Source: an uncultured delta proteobacterium
GTDB lineage: Bacteria; Desulfobacterota; Desulfobacteria; Desulfobacterales; B30-G6
Length of the DNA: 64,000 nt
Direction of reading: 5' to 3'
Assembly (NCBI GenBank): GCA_963823335.1
Contig: CAWGLD010000001.1
Span: 960,001 to 1,024,000 of the forward strand
The notes under the pieces were generated by a model. It searched no databases. It saw nothing but the letters and a program-made list of their open reading frames with translations, and was not told the origin of the DNA. Below are positions 10,196 through 20,773 of the stretch, piece after piece; the first letter of the stretch is position 1; each line of letters opens with the position of its first letter. The position numbers were made by a program, and so were the translations under genes.

Positions 10196-10343
10196 AACCG
10201 CGTAACGACTTTATCCTTCCCCAAGAAGTACGATTGTCGAGGTTGGCGTAGCTACAAGCAAGAGACTGTTCCGCTACAGTCAGCTATGCGATATGGCACC
10301 TGACGCCGCAGATGCGGCAAGATCGGCAGTCCCAACGGGTTTC
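10194..10343. repeat. structured intergenic element with imperfect terminal inverted repeats (MITE/REP-like)
   Basis: Ends AAAACCGCGTAACGACT / AGTCCCAACGGGTTTC; internal stems GCGTAGCT/AGCTATGC, GACTGT/ACAGTC, GCCGCA/TGCGGC. Confidence 0.4.
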
Positions 10344-10366
10344 AAGTAAGAATAGAAACGGTCATC

Positions 10367-10708
10367 TCAGGGGTCGTATCCTTCACGCATCAGGAGATCC
10401 CGATACCAGCAGGAAAACTCATACATTCCCAGAAATCGGTCATCATCATTGACGATGCCGATGCTGATCTCCAGGACCCCCCTTCCGTATGAAGAGCTGT
10501 GGGTCTTCTTCTCTTGCAGAAATTCCCTGACCAGTATCTGTGCTGTGCGCTTACTTTTATCCTTTCGGATATCGATAGGGTCTTTAGGGTCTTGAAACGG
10601 TTCCCACTTGTCGTACCCTTTTTTCAGAATATGCCGCTGTCTGCGGGCTGACATGGCGTCAAAAATTGCCTTTTTCCTCTCTGTCTTTTGATCAGATGAA
10701 ATATTCAT
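10367..10708 (-). CDS. conserved hypothetical protein
   Basis: 113 aa from ATG 10708 with AGAGGGG SD; downstream of YkgJ gene. Confidence 0.75.
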   Translation of the reverse strand: MNISSDQKTERKKAIFDAMSARRQRHILKKGYDKWEPFQDPKDPIDIRKDKSKRTAQILVREFLQEKKTHSSSYGRGVLEISIGIVNDDDRFLGMYEFSCWYRDLLMREGYDP

Positions 10709-10807
10709 GTGAATCCCCTCTGGCCACACCTCCGCCCTTACGAATGGATGACAAAAAAAACAGGCGCGTGGCTTCAGTCCTACGATCCTTTTACAACAGG
10801 TGTATCA

Positions 10808-11491
10808 TCATTTTTCTTTGGTTTTTGTGTCCACTTGATCATCTTCAGCCCCCTTGACACCTAGATAGACATCGTCATATTCAGTCAGGAGGGCCATGGA
10901 TAACGGCACCAGCATTTCACCCATTCTGGAATGGTGGGACTGGATCGCTTCAACCAATTCAGCAGAAAGCTCAAAAAGTTTTTTCTGTATGACGTCGAGC
11001 TTAACGGTTGGATATGGCAATCCTTTCAAAAAACCCGAAAGGCCACAGGTGTGGCCCTCTCCGGCGATAGCGGTCGGTATGCCGTACAGCCGGCAGGTGA
11101 TCGGCCTGAATTCATAAAGAGCGCAGGTGTTCTGGTCATTCAAGAGGGGGCACTGTACTTTCTTTTCGGCAATTTCCCGGAAAATATCCTCTTCTTTTTT
11201 GCCCGCCTCCAGGTCTTTATAGGCTTTTCGTTTCAGCCTATATATCTCCCGGTCTATTTTATTGGCAAACTCAAGACGTTTTTCTCGTTTCAGTCCTTTA
11301 AAGCAGTTATCAAAGTGGTGCTTGATATAGAGCGCTTCAATCAGGGTCAGATCGAAGAGCGCATAGCAGCAATCAGCACAGCCCTGCTTACACTTGACCT
11401 CTTCTGGGTAGTCCTCTTTCACTTTGCCGAAGATGTCGTCTGCCGACTTCAACAATGCCTCATATTTTTTAAAAAATGGTTCCAAATTCAT
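10808..11491 (-). CDS. YkgJ family (CxxCxxCC) cysteine-cluster protein
   Basis: CKQGCADCC, CPLL, CALYEFRPITCRLYG; SD AAGGAG before ATG 11491. Confidence 0.88.
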   Translation of the reverse strand: MNLEPFFKKYEALLKSADDIFGKVKEDYPEEVKCKQGCADCCYALFDLTLIEALYIKHHFDNCFKGLKREKRLEFANKIDREIYRLKRKAYKDLEAGKKEEDIFREIAEKKVQCPLLNDQNTCALYEFRPITCRLYGIPTAIAGEGHTCGLSGFLKGLPYPTVKLDVIQKKLFELSAELVEAIQSHHSRMGEMLVPLSMALLTEYDDVYLGVKGAEDDQVDTKTKEK

Positions 11492-11509
11492 TAAAGACTC
11501 CTTGTTTTC

Positions 11510-11525
11510 TGTTCCACGTGAAACA
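11510..11525. promoter_or_regulatory. parS site
   Basis: TGTTCCACGTGAAACA matches consensus TGTTNCACGTGAAACA. Confidence 0.9.
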
Positions 11526-11544
11526 TTGTTTACCACACAGAAAT

Positions 11545-11560
11545 TGTTTCACGTGAAACA
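11545..11560. promoter_or_regulatory. parS site
   Basis: Perfect palindrome TGTTTCACGTGAAACA. Confidence 0.92.
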
Positions 11561-12967
11561 TTATTTTCCGATACAAAAGCGGCTGAAAACCTGATCGAGA
11601 ATATCCGGTGCGCAACGCTCTCCCAGAAGGCGGTCCAGTCCGTCAATGGCTGAAATGATATCTGTGGCTATCATTTCAGCCGGCAGGGAGTTTGTCAGGC
11701 CGCGCCTAGCCCGTTTACAGGAAACCAAACATTGTTCAAGCTCTCTTTTATGACGCAGATTGGGGACGATGCCCACTTCCCTGCTGATACCCGTGTCATC
11801 AACGATCATTTTCCAGATCATCTGTTTGAGTTCTTCGATATGTGTTCCTTTAAGGGCGGATATTTCAACGCAAGAAAGCGTCTGCCAAGGCTCAAGCAGA
11901 CCAGAACCATTGCCAGCGCAAGGCAAATCCATTTTATTCTTGACGACCAGTAGTCTCCTGTCTGCTATTTCACGAAATATAGCAACATCATCGGGGTGCC
12001 TCGGCTCACTGTGATCTACCATAAAAAGAATAATGTCGGCATCTTTGATGGACTGGCGCGTCTTCTTTATGCCAATTTTCTCCACCTCACCGGTGGCGTC
12101 GTGAAGCCCGGCCGTATCCATGATGACGACAGGAAGCCCCTTGATATGCAGAATTTCTTCTATGACATCCCGTGTAGTCCCGGGCACAGCGGTTACGATG
12201 GCCCTGTCTCTTTGTATCAGACTGTTCAGCAAGCTAGATTTTCCAACATTCGGGCGTCCGATAACCGCCATTTTGACCCCGTCCCTGTAAAAGTGTTTCT
12301 GCTCATAGTCATGAATCAGTCCTTCTATTTTTGGTAGAACCTCGCGTTCTATTTGTCCCGCCATGGTTTCGCTTTGAATTTCCGCCTGTGTGTCTTCAGA
12401 AAAGTCGATAGCTACTTCGAGTAAAGCACGTATTTCAAGCAGCGTCGCCCTGATACTGACAATCTTATCGGTCAATCCTCCAGCCAGCTGCTGATTGGCG
12501 ATCTTCAGTGCCGTGCCTGTTCTTGCGTTAATGATGTCCACAACAGCCTCGGCCTGGGTCAGATCAATCCTGCCGTTTAGAAAAGCACGCTTGGTAAATT
12601 CACCTGGCGCGGCTATTGTGGCACCGGCACATAAAACCATTTCATAGATTTTTCCCATTACGACGGGGCCTGAGTGGGAGTGGATTTCGACGACATCTTC
12701 TCGGGTATATGATCTTGGCGCCAGCATGCAGACAACCAGGACTTCATCGATATCTTCCCGGGTGTCGGGGTCACGTATCTTCCCATGGTAAACCCGGTGA
12801 GATTCAATTGACTCGTTTTGCAGGGTTAAACCGTTTACATCATGTTTATGCGTTCTCTGGAACAGAGACATTAGAATAGGGACGGATCTTTTCCCGGACA
12901 GCCGAATAATGCCGATACCACCGCTTCCGAAAGGTGTTGAGATGGCGGCTATTGTGGTGCTTTTCAT
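11561..12967 (-). CDS. mnmE: tRNA modification GTPase MnmE
   Basis: [22 protein letters not shown] and C-terminal FCIGK. Confidence 0.97.
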   Translation of the reverse strand: MKSTTIAAISTPFGSGGIGIIRLSGKRSVPILMSLFQRTHKHDVNGLTLQNESIESHRVYHGKIRDPDTREDIDEVLVVCMLAPRSYTREDVVEIHSHSGPVVMGKIYEMVLCAGATIAAPGEFTKRAFLNGRIDLTQAEAVVDIINARTGTALKIANQQLAGGLTDKIVSIRATLLEIRALLEVAIDFSEDTQAEIQSETMAGQIEREVLPKIEGLIHDYEQKHFYRDGVKMAVIGRPNVGKSSLLNSLIQRDRAIVTAVPGTTRDVIEEILHIKGLPVVIMDTAGLHDATGEVEKIGIKKTRQSIKDADIILFMVDHSEPRHPDDVAIFREIADRRLLVVKNKMDLPCAGNGSGLLEPWQTLSCVEISALKGTHIEELKQMIWKMIVDDTGISREVGIVPNLRHKRELEQCLVSCKRARRGLTNSLPAEMIATDIISAIDGLDRLLGERCAPDILDQVFSRFCIGK

Positions 12968-12983
12968 GAATGCTCTACGTCGT

Positions 12984-13745
12984 CTATGATGGGTTCTTTT
13001 TTCGCTTTCTTTTTGGATAAATTTTTAGCTTACGATAATATCCTTCGCCAACACTGTGGGTGCGCACTTCCCGGTCCTCTTTCAGGGCGATGTGGATAAT
13101 TCTGCGGTCATGGGCATTGAACTGACCGGCTGTCACGGGTTTTCCGGTCTTTTTGACTTTTTCACACAAACGTAAAGCCAGTTTTACGAGCCGTTCTCGC
13201 TGTGCCTGCAGATACCCTTCGATATCCACTTCAACCCGAATACGCTGTTCGTTCTTTTTATTTATAATTTTTTCAACGAGGTACTGCATCGCTTCCAAGG
13301 TCTGACCTCTTTTTCCGATAAGAACGGCAGTCTTCCCTCCGGAAACCTCGTAGACGAGCTTACCGTCGTTATGCGTCACGGAAACGACCGCATCGATACT
13401 GATGGCGTCGACAATTTTCTGCAGCGCTTGTTTGCCAAGATCAATGTTTTCTTCGGAAACCTCGGCTGGTGATGTTTTTCCAAAGGCTTCGTCCACAATC
13501 GATATGATCTCTTGGTAGTTATTCTTTGTCTCTCCTGTGGTCGTGTCGGCTTTTTCTGCCACAGCATCCTCCGGTACCGTCACTCGGATTTTCGCTTTTT
13601 TAGAGCCCACCAGTCCAAAAATGCCGGTTGACCCGTAAGATATGATATCATGCGCAAGTTTGCTGGGCGGAATGTTCAGCTCCTGGCTTGCTTTTTGAAC
13701 AGCTTCTTCCACGCTTTTACTTTCAAATTCTAAGACAGGCGACAT
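12984..13745 (-). CDS. jag: Jag/KhpB RNA-binding protein (Jag_N, KH, R3H)
   Basis: LIGKRGQTLEA (KH), DRRIIH (R3H); canonical position after yidC. Confidence 0.93.
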   Translation of the reverse strand: MSPVLEFESKSVEEAVQKASQELNIPPSKLAHDIISYGSTGIFGLVGSKKAKIRVTVPEDAVAEKADTTTGETKNNYQEIISIVDEAFGKTSPAEVSEENIDLGKQALQKIVDAISIDAVVSVTHNDGKLVYEVSGGKTAVLIGKRGQTLEAMQYLVEKIINKKNEQRIRVEVDIEGYLQAQRERLVKLALRLCEKVKKTGKPVTAGQFNAHDRRIIHIALKEDREVRTHSVGEGYYRKLKIYPKRKRKKNPS

Positions 13746-13759
13746 GGTCTTCCTCACTT

Positions 13760-15430
13760 TTATGCATATTTTTTCTGAATGTACGTCTGCTGTGCAATCG
13801 ACAGGATATTGTTAATCAACCAGTAGAGCACGAGACCTGAAGAAAAATTGATAAAGATTACCGTAAAAACGATCGGCATGAGCATCATCATTTTTGCCTG
13901 GGTCGGGTCCCCGGGTGGCGGGGACATTTTCTGCTGTAGAAGCATCGTCGCACCCATAATGACTGTCAACACGGGTATACCGTAGGGAGGTTGCATAAAT
14001 GGTATCGAAAAGGAAAAATGAAACAGGCGATCCGGGGCGGACAGATCGTTTATCCACAAAAAGAATGGCGCGTGACGCAGCTCGATAGCCTGATATAGCA
14101 TTCGATATAGGGCAAAAAAAACAGGTATTTGGAGAATCATTGGAAGACAGCCGCCCATGGGGTTGATCTTGTACGTTCGGTACAATGACATGATTTCCTG
14201 GTTCATCATTTTTTTGTCATCTTTATACTTCTCTCTTATCTCTGCCATCAGCGGTTGCAGACGCTTCATTTCGGTCATTGACTTATAGCTCTTTGATCCA
14301 AGGGGCCAGAGCAGGAGCTTGGTCAATATGGTCAGTACAATAATGGCAATGCCGTAGTTGGGAACCCTGCTGTAGATAAAATTCATAAACCAGAGAAGAG
14401 GTTTGGCGATGATGTCAAACATGCCAAAATGGATGGCCTTGTTGAGATCGTGGCCGACGTCCTTGAGGACCTGCATGCTTTTCGGGCCGAAAAAAATTTC
14501 GTAGTCAAAACGCTTCTGGGTGCCGGGTTGGATCGTGTTCTCTGGTCCAATGAAACCGTTACCCAAAATCCCATCACTGTCCAGGGAGAGTTTCATAATG
14601 CCTCTGGTCTCATCCAAAGGAATCAGACTCTTCATAAAATACCTGTCAACAATAGCTAACCATTTGATATTACCATCATATTCGCTTTTGTCTTCGATCT
14701 TCTTTGGCTTGATTTGTTCGAGCTTACCATCAATCAGGGCGCAGGGGCCTTCAAAGGAATATCCATCCTTTTCAGACCCTGGATCATTTTTGATGCCCAG
14801 AGCTAGCTTATCGACAATCGGCCGTTCGGATCCATTCTTAATATCGATGGCCAGATGTATAAGATAACTTTTCGGTGTAAACCTGTATCGCTTTTCAACT
14901 AGAACCCCGTCATCAGAACGCCAGCTGAAAACAAGTTCCCTTTCCTTATCCACCACACTGAGTCTGTCAGGTGCTTCCTGCGCGGTAAAAACAGCCTCTT
15001 CCAGGCCTGGAATGCTATTTCCGGCCAGTGACAGCGCCAGCATGTCATGACGGGTCGTCGGATCAATCAGCTCTTTATAGGCGGAATCCGGGTCAATGCT
15101 TTCCTTGTATTCTTTCAATACATAACTCTGAAATATGGCACCCTGCTCGTTAATGGCAACCGAATACAAGGGCGACTCGACCGTAATCGTCCGGGGAAGT
15201 GTCTTTTGTGAACCCGCGGATATCTCGGCGACATAGGGTTCGAGAGGTTTTTCTTTCACAGAGTTGTTGGCTGGTGTTTCCGGCTGGGCCAACGTTTCTT
15301 GATCGTTTTTCTGGATTGCAGTTTCTGCTGTCGGCGTTTCAGGCGTCTTTTTCTCGACAAAAAAGAAATTCCACAAGAAAAACACAAGAAAGGACAGCAC
15401 AATTGCAATCAACACACGAGCTTGCTCCAT
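13760..15430 (-). CDS. yidC: membrane protein insertase YidC
   Basis: NPMGGCLP, WINDLSAPD, GLVLYW motifs. Confidence 0.97.
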   Translation of the reverse strand: MEQARVLIAIVLSFLVFFLWNFFFVEKKTPETPTAETAIQKNDQETLAQPETPANNSVKEKPLEPYVAEISAGSQKTLPRTITVESPLYSVAINEQGAIFQSYVLKEYKESIDPDSAYKELIDPTTRHDMLALSLAGNSIPGLEEAVFTAQEAPDRLSVVDKERELVFSWRSDDGVLVEKRYRFTPKSYLIHLAIDIKNGSERPIVDKLALGIKNDPGSEKDGYSFEGPCALIDGKLEQIKPKKIEDKSEYDGNIKWLAIVDRYFMKSLIPLDETRGIMKLSLDSDGILGNGFIGPENTIQPGTQKRFDYEIFFGPKSMQVLKDVGHDLNKAIHFGMFDIIAKPLLWFMNFIYSRVPNYGIAIIVLTILTKLLLWPLGSKSYKSMTEMKRLQPLMAEIREKYKDDKKMMNQEIMSLYRTYKINPMGGCLPMILQIPVFFALYRMLYQAIELRHAPFFLWINDLSAPDRLFHFSFSIPFMQPPYGIPVLTVIMGATMLLQQKMSPPPGDPTQAKMMMLMPIVFTVIFINFSSGLVLYWLINNILSIAQQTYIQKKYA

Positions 15431-15568
15431 AATCTTCTCCTACTGGTCGGTTTTCTGCCTACAACGTAAAGTGACACCGCTTGAAGTTTTTCGAACAGAT
15501 ACTCTGGGGAATAAAGCGTGTGGAAAGCGGCGAATAGGGCGCGGATAGCCATCATGCGCGGGAACCCA

Positions 15569-15814
15569 TCAGGGTACCGGATCAATTCCTCCCGCATGCC
15601 ATGGATGACACTTCAATACCCGCTTGATTGAAAGGAACAGGCCTTTTACTGTTCCATATCGCACGATCGCCTCATAGGAATATCTGGAACAACTGGGAGA
15701 AAATCGGCAAGCTGGACCCAACATCGGAGAAATCGTGTATTGGTATGCTTTTATAAGGATGAGAAATAGATACTTAATGACAACAAGCCCTCTTGATTTT
15801 CTCAAACAAACCAT
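15569..15814 (-). CDS. yidD: membrane protein insertion efficiency factor YidD
   Basis: [23 protein letters not shown]; start codon uncertain. Confidence 0.92.
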   Translation of the reverse strand: MVCLRKSRGLVVIKYLFLILIKAYQYTISPMLGPACRFSPSCSRYSYEAIVRYGTVKGLFLSIKRVLKCHPWHAGGIDPVP

Positions 15815-16130
15815 TTAAGGAATCAAACATTTCCTCAGATGTTAAATCCACAGCTTCTTTTTTCGCGATGACATTGATATCAAGATACGGTTGAGTGCAT
15901 TTCCGGGTTAACCGGAAGTGTTCGCGAACGATTCTTTTAATCCTGTTCCGTGTGACTGCTTTCCCGACCCGCTTTGTTACGGTGATACCAATACGCGATG
16001 CGCTATTTTGACCGGGGCAATAAAAGGCAGTAAAGTGTCTGTTGTATACTTTTCTACCCTGTTGAAAGACATGAACAAATTCGCTTCGCTTTCGCAGCCT
16101 ATCTGCTTTGGTATATGAGTTGCCGCTCAA
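15774..16130 (-). CDS. rnpA: ribonuclease P protein component
   Basis: [21 protein letters not shown] (RNR motif); TTG start assumed. Confidence 0.95.
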   Translation of the reverse strand: MSGNSYTKADRLRKRSEFVHVFQQGRKVYNRHFTAFYCPGQNSASRIGITVTKRVGKAVTRNRIKRIVREHFRLTRKCTQPYLDINVIAKKEAVDLTSEEMFDSLNGLFEKIKRACCH

Positions 16131-16238
16131 CAGAAAATTTCCGTAACCAATCGGTGCTCTTATTCCGCCAAACAAACGTTTTAATCCTGGTGACTAATCT
16201 TTTTTGGCAAAGCCATTGGTATGCAAACTGGATGGCGC

Positions 16239-16373
16239 CTAAGCGGCCAAACGCTTTCTACCTTTTTGCCGTCTCCTGTTGACAATTCTTCTGCCCGCCT
16301 TTGTGGACATTCGATGCAAAAAACCATGCGTCCGGGCACGTTTAATCTTGCTTGGCTGGTATGTTCGTTTCAT
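16239..16373 (-). CDS. rpmH: 50S ribosomal protein L34
   Basis: Not in ORF track; manual translation [44 protein letters not shown]. Confidence 0.97.
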   Translation of the reverse strand: MKRTYQPSKIKRARTHGFLHRMSTKAGRRIVNRRRQKGRKRLAA

Positions 16374-16507
16374 TTTTTATTACCTCTTTGATACGTATTT
16401 AGTTTCCAACATGTTTAAACAATGGAAAAAATCATATAATTTATTATTTGTCAACAACGCTTTTATTCTTAAACCGTAAATATAAAAACATGACATCGTA
16501 AGCTCTT

Positions 16508-18046
16508 TCAAGCCCCCATGCTCTCCAGGATATCAAATTCTTCCATGTGAAACTTTGGGTTTGGGTAAATAGCGACACGTTTGCCGATTTTTTTTTCAAG
16601 GGAGCTGATCAGCGTACTTTCTTCGCCGTAAAGCAACTCAGCAATTTCCGGATTCACCCGTACCGTAAACCGGTTTCCTATCATGTTTCCGGCCTCTTTA
16701 AGGACAGCCCGATAGATATTATAGCTGATTGTTTTTCTGGAAACAATATATCCTTCTCCATCACAATAGCTGCAGGGTTCACAAAGCAATCTGGTCAGAG
16801 GCTTTCGAACACGTTTACGTGTCATCTGGATAAGCCCCATTTCAGACATCGGGAGCACATGGGTCTTGCTACGATCTTTTTTTAGTGCCTCTGTCAGAGC
16901 ATTGAACACTTTCTCCTGGTTGGACGTCTTTTCCATGTCGATAAAATCGATGATAATGATGCCCCCGATATCTCTTAGACGAATCTGATAGGCGATTTCT
17001 TTGACCGCCTCCAGATTGGTCTTTGTAATCGTCTCTTCCAGATTGTATTTGCCCACGTACCGACCGGTGTTCACATCGATTGCTACCAGCGCTTCTGTTT
17101 GCTCGATGACGATATATCCACCTGATTTTAACCAGACTTTTCGTTTGAGTGCCCGGGAAATGTCACCTTCCAGGTTATAGGCTTCAAAAATCGACTCCAT
17201 TCCATCATAACATTCCACCGACTCTTTTAGACTCGGCATTAACGTGTCCAGGAAAGAAAGAATTGATTCGTGCCCTTCCCGTGAGTCGATAACAAGCCTC
17301 TCCGCATCCTGGATAAGAAGGTCCCTGACAGCACGAAGACTTACCGACAATTCCTGATGAATCATGCTCGGACAAGATGCTGTTTCGTATTTCTTCTTGA
17401 TGCCCGCCCATATATTTCTAAGAAAACCCATTTCATAGGATAGTTTTTCCTGCTGAATCCCCTCGGCAGCCGTTCTCACAATGTAGCCAAGACTTTCAAG
17501 TCTCGAGGCACTTACCATTTCCTTGAGCCGGTCTCTTTCGATGTTCTCCTCTATTCGCCGGGAAATACCGATATGGTTGGAGGTCGGCATCAGGACCAGA
17601 AAACGACCGGGGAGTGAGATATAGGAAGAAATCCGGGCGCCTTTTGTTCCCATGGGCGATTTGACCACCTGAACCAGAAGTTCCTGCCCTTCCGAAATCA
17701 ACTCCTCGATATAGGTTGATTTTGGAACAAATGCTCCTTGGGGACCAGCGCTTTCAAGTGGCGGCATTTCATCTTCGTCGTCTATCGATTCGAAAAGGCG
17801 CTCTGTTTCCTTGAGGTTGTCCCCTAAAACATCATCCACATATATAAAGGCCGCCTGGTCCAGACCGATGTCCACAAAAGCTGCCTGCATTCCTGGAAGT
17901 ACTCGCTGCACCCTGCCTTTGTATATATTTCCAGCAATATCCGAGCCGTCGTTTCTCTCGATAAAAAGCTCTGCGATCGTTCCATCTTCCAGTAGCGCCA
18001 CGCGTGTCTCGTGTTCAGCCACATTGATGACGATCTGTTTATACAT
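16508..18046 (-). CDS. rng: ribonuclease G (Rne/Rng family)
   Basis: GNIYKGRV S1 domain, IDVNTG, IIIDFIDM, CSYCDG Zn-link. Confidence 0.93.
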   Translation of the reverse strand: MYKQIVINVAEHETRVALLEDGTIAELFIERNDGSDIAGNIYKGRVQRVLPGMQAAFVDIGLDQAAFIYVDDVLGDNLKETERLFESIDDEDEMPPLESAGPQGAFVPKSTYIEELISEGQELLVQVVKSPMGTKGARISSYISLPGRFLVLMPTSNHIGISRRIEENIERDRLKEMVSASRLESLGYIVRTAAEGIQQEKLSYEMGFLRNIWAGIKKKYETASCPSMIHQELSVSLRAVRDLLIQDAERLVIDSREGHESILSFLDTLMPSLKESVECYDGMESIFEAYNLEGDISRALKRKVWLKSGGYIVIEQTEALVAIDVNTGRYVGKYNLEETITKTNLEAVKEIAYQIRLRDIGGIIIIDFIDMEKTSNQEKVFNALTEALKKDRSKTHVLPMSEMGLIQMTRKRVRKPLTRLLCEPCSYCDGEGYIVSRKTISYNIYRAVLKEAGNMIGNRFTVRVNPEIAELLYGEESTLISSLEKKIGKRVAIYPNPKFHMEEFDILESMGA

Positions 18047-20594
18047 GAATACCCCCTTTGACTATCAATGCTTTTCGGATATCTTCCGTTGGCAATGCGA
18101 AAATCTGCTCTAACACGACTGCCGGCCGGATCCGTTTTCCGCCCTTATTTTGGATTGTTAACTGTATGCTGTTCGGCTCGACTAAATCAATACTTAAAAT
18201 TTCCGTTTTGAGATCAATGGTACCAAGAACACCTTTTTTATTTGTGAATGTATATTCGATCCGCTTGCTTTCAGCAAACCAGTCAAGCCGCTGCCTATCA
18301 AACACGCTCTCTTTGAGCGTAACTGTATAATGATCCACAGGGGGCCCCTGGGGTTGCTTGGAGCCTGCCTCTTCGCAGCCGTTGATGAAAAGTCCCTCGG
18401 GAAGCTCCTGGTTTGTTCTTCGAACCAGCTCATCACAAACCATATTGTTCTGCACAGAAACAAAGAAAAACTCATGCATGCCCTGCATGCCCATGGGTAA
18501 TGGATCGTCAAAAGAGATCCTGGGCATTGGGTGAAAGCCTTTAGAATAGGCCAAGTCTATACCTGCCCTTCTAAACGCCCGATTGATGATTTTGGCTAAC
18601 TCCAGGTGTCCGAAGAATCGGGCGTCACCTCTTTTTGAATAAAACAACTTCAGCTTTCTAAAAGACGTTTGCAGTACAGCATCCGTTTTCTCTTTCCAGA
18701 GGGGACCGGCTTCAGCAGCGTCGTCCAAAAGGTGCGGTAAGATGTTTTCAAAATCACAGGTGCCGCATTGCTGACAGGAATGCCAGCGACAGTCTTCTGT
18801 CTTGGCACCTTTCAGGGCGTTCTTCCATTCATTGATTAAAAACACTTTTTCAACACGGACATCGATATGATCCCAGGGAAGGGGCTCCTTGAGATCCTTT
18901 TGCCGCCGCGTATAAAAATCGATATCCAATTGCGATTCCGCAATAGATGCCTGCCATACGGAAAAACTGAACCGGTCGCTCCATCCATCAAACCGGCAAC
19001 CCTTTTCATAAGCCTTCACCAAAAGACGAGATAGACGCCGGTCTCCTCTTGCCCATAGTCCTTCCAGAAAACTGACCTCTGGATCCTGCCATTTAAACGT
19101 CACGCCTGGAAGTCGCAGTTTTGAGCGCAGCCATTCAATACGTGTTCTGGCTTCTTCTAGGGGCAGCTGGGTTACCCACTGAAAAGGCGTGTGCGGTTTT
19201 GGAATAAAGGTTGCGACACTTACATTCAGCTTGCCAAACTGGCCATTGGGGCCCTTCGTCTTCCTCAGTATTTTCACCAGATCCACGATGCCCTGGAGAT
19301 CTGTCTGAGTTTCTGTTGGAAGTCCGATCATGAAATAAAGCTTGATTACACGCCAGCCGGCCGAGAAAGCATCCTGAACGGTTGCGATAATTTCATCTGT
19401 GGTGATATTTTTGTTAATGACATCACGTAAGCGCTGACTGCCTGCTTCCGGTGCTATGGTAAAGCCCGTTTTTCGAACCTTTTGTATCGCCTGCATGAGC
19501 TCCGGTCCCAGCGTTCCGGCCCGGAAGGAAGGGAGTGAAACAGAGATATGTTGGGAAGAATATCTGTGCATCAGTGTGGTTATCAGGGGAGAAATACCCG
19601 TATAATCGCCGCTACTCAGAGAAAGCAGGGACACGTCTTCATGGCCGGTATTCTGAAGACACCGCTCTGTAAGGTTCATGACGGTATCCACTGAGCGCTC
19701 CCTGACCGGTCGGTAGATCATGCCGGCCTGGCAAAACCGGCAACCCCTGGTACACCCTCTTGAAACCTCCAGGCGTAAGCGATCATGAACCGGCTTACCA
19801 TAGGGAACCACCGGTTTGTCCGGGAACAATGCCTGATCTAGATCGCCCACAACGGCCCGCTTGATGCGCCCAGGGTCCCCCGGACCGTTTTCTTTCAGGG
19901 AGTGTGTAATCTGTTGCCCTTTTTCATTGTACCTTACCTGGAACAGAGACGGTACATAAACACCCTCCAACTGTGACCATTTTTCCAAAAGAGCCTTCTT
20001 GTCCACCCTGCCGTCACGATCCATCTGTATTCGAATGTCAGCCATTTCGAGGATGACATTCTCTCCGTCTCCGATCACGATGGCATCAAAAAACTCTGCC
20101 ACGGGTTCAGGGTTGCTGGCGCAGGGTCCCCCTGCAATGACCACTGGATCCGTATCGGCTCTTTGGGATGCATAAAATGGAATACCTGCAAGGTCCAGAA
20201 TCGTTAACATGTTGGTATAATTAAGCTCATACAACAGGCTGAACCCAACGATATCAAATTTTTTCAAGGGATATTGCGATTCCATGCTTGCCAGGGGTAC
20301 ACGGGATAACCGCATCAACGATTCCATGTCCTCCGCTGGTGAAAAAACCCTTTCAGCGGCAATATTCCGGCGTTGGTTCAAAATGTGATATAAAATCTGC
20401 ATGCCAAAGTGAGAGGTGCCGATTTCATATAGATCCGGAAAGGCCAATGCTATTTTCAGTTGGACCTTTGATAAGTCTTTTCTACTGGTGTTGACTTCCG
20501 TTCCCAGGTATCGACTCGGTTTATCCACCAGGGGCAAGAGGTCTTGAATGGTTTTTTGGGGCATGATATGTCTTTTAACGGTCGAAGATTCCAT
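18039..20594 (-). CDS. B12-binding radical SAM protein fused to radical SAM-linked domain (TIGR03960/TIGR03936-like)
   Basis: FPDLYEIG, RGCTRGCRFC, APEAGSQRLR; C-terminal YSKGFHPMPRISF. Confidence 0.88.
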   Translation of the reverse strand: MESSTVKRHIMPQKTIQDLLPLVDKPSRYLGTEVNTSRKDLSKVQLKIALAFPDLYEIGTSHFGMQILYHILNQRRNIAAERVFSPAEDMESLMRLSRVPLASMESQYPLKKFDIVGFSLLYELNYTNMLTILDLAGIPFYASQRADTDPVVIAGGPCASNPEPVAEFFDAIVIGDGENVILEMADIRIQMDRDGRVDKKALLEKWSQLEGVYVPSLFQVRYNEKGQQITHSLKENGPGDPGRIKRAVVGDLDQALFPDKPVVPYGKPVHDRLRLEVSRGCTRGCRFCQAGMIYRPVRERSVDTVMNLTERCLQNTGHEDVSLLSLSSGDYTGISPLITTLMHRYSSQHISVSLPSFRAGTLGPELMQAIQKVRKTGFTIAPEAGSQRLRDVINKNITTDEIIATVQDAFSAGWRVIKLYFMIGLPTETQTDLQGIVDLVKILRKTKGPNGQFGKLNVSVATFIPKPHTPFQWVTQLPLEEARTRIEWLRSKLRLPGVTFKWQDPEVSFLEGLWARGDRRLSRLLVKAYEKGCRFDGWSDRFSFSVWQASIAESQLDIDFYTRRQKDLKEPLPWDHIDVRVEKVFLINEWKNALKGAKTEDCRWHSCQQCGTCDFENILPHLLDDAAEAGPLWKEKTDAVLQTSFRKLKLFYSKRGDARFFGHLELAKIINRAFRRAGIDLAYSKGFHPMPRISFDDPLPMGMQGMHEFFFVSVQNNMVCDELVRRTNQELPEGLFINGCEEAGSKQPQGPPVDHYTVTLKESVFDRQRLDWFAESKRIEYTFTNKKGVLGTIDLKTEILSIDLVEPNSIQLTIQNKGGKRIRPAVVLEQIFALPTEDIRKALIVKGGIHV

Positions 20595-20773
20595 TCAGCT
20601 TCCTGCCAGGCTCTTCGCTCTTTGCTTGTCGGTGACTGGAATCGTTCTTATGTTATATTCCAATGGTTGTAACGCTTTCCCGAACAGAGTCATCTGTGCT
20701 AAATGGAAACGGTGACGGGTTGTACGGTTCAGGGATGATTATCTTCAGTACATTTTAATCACGAATAACAATT

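Noticed and set aside
14050..14058. Perfect TTATCCACA inside yidC
   Set aside because: Isolated intragenic match expected by chance
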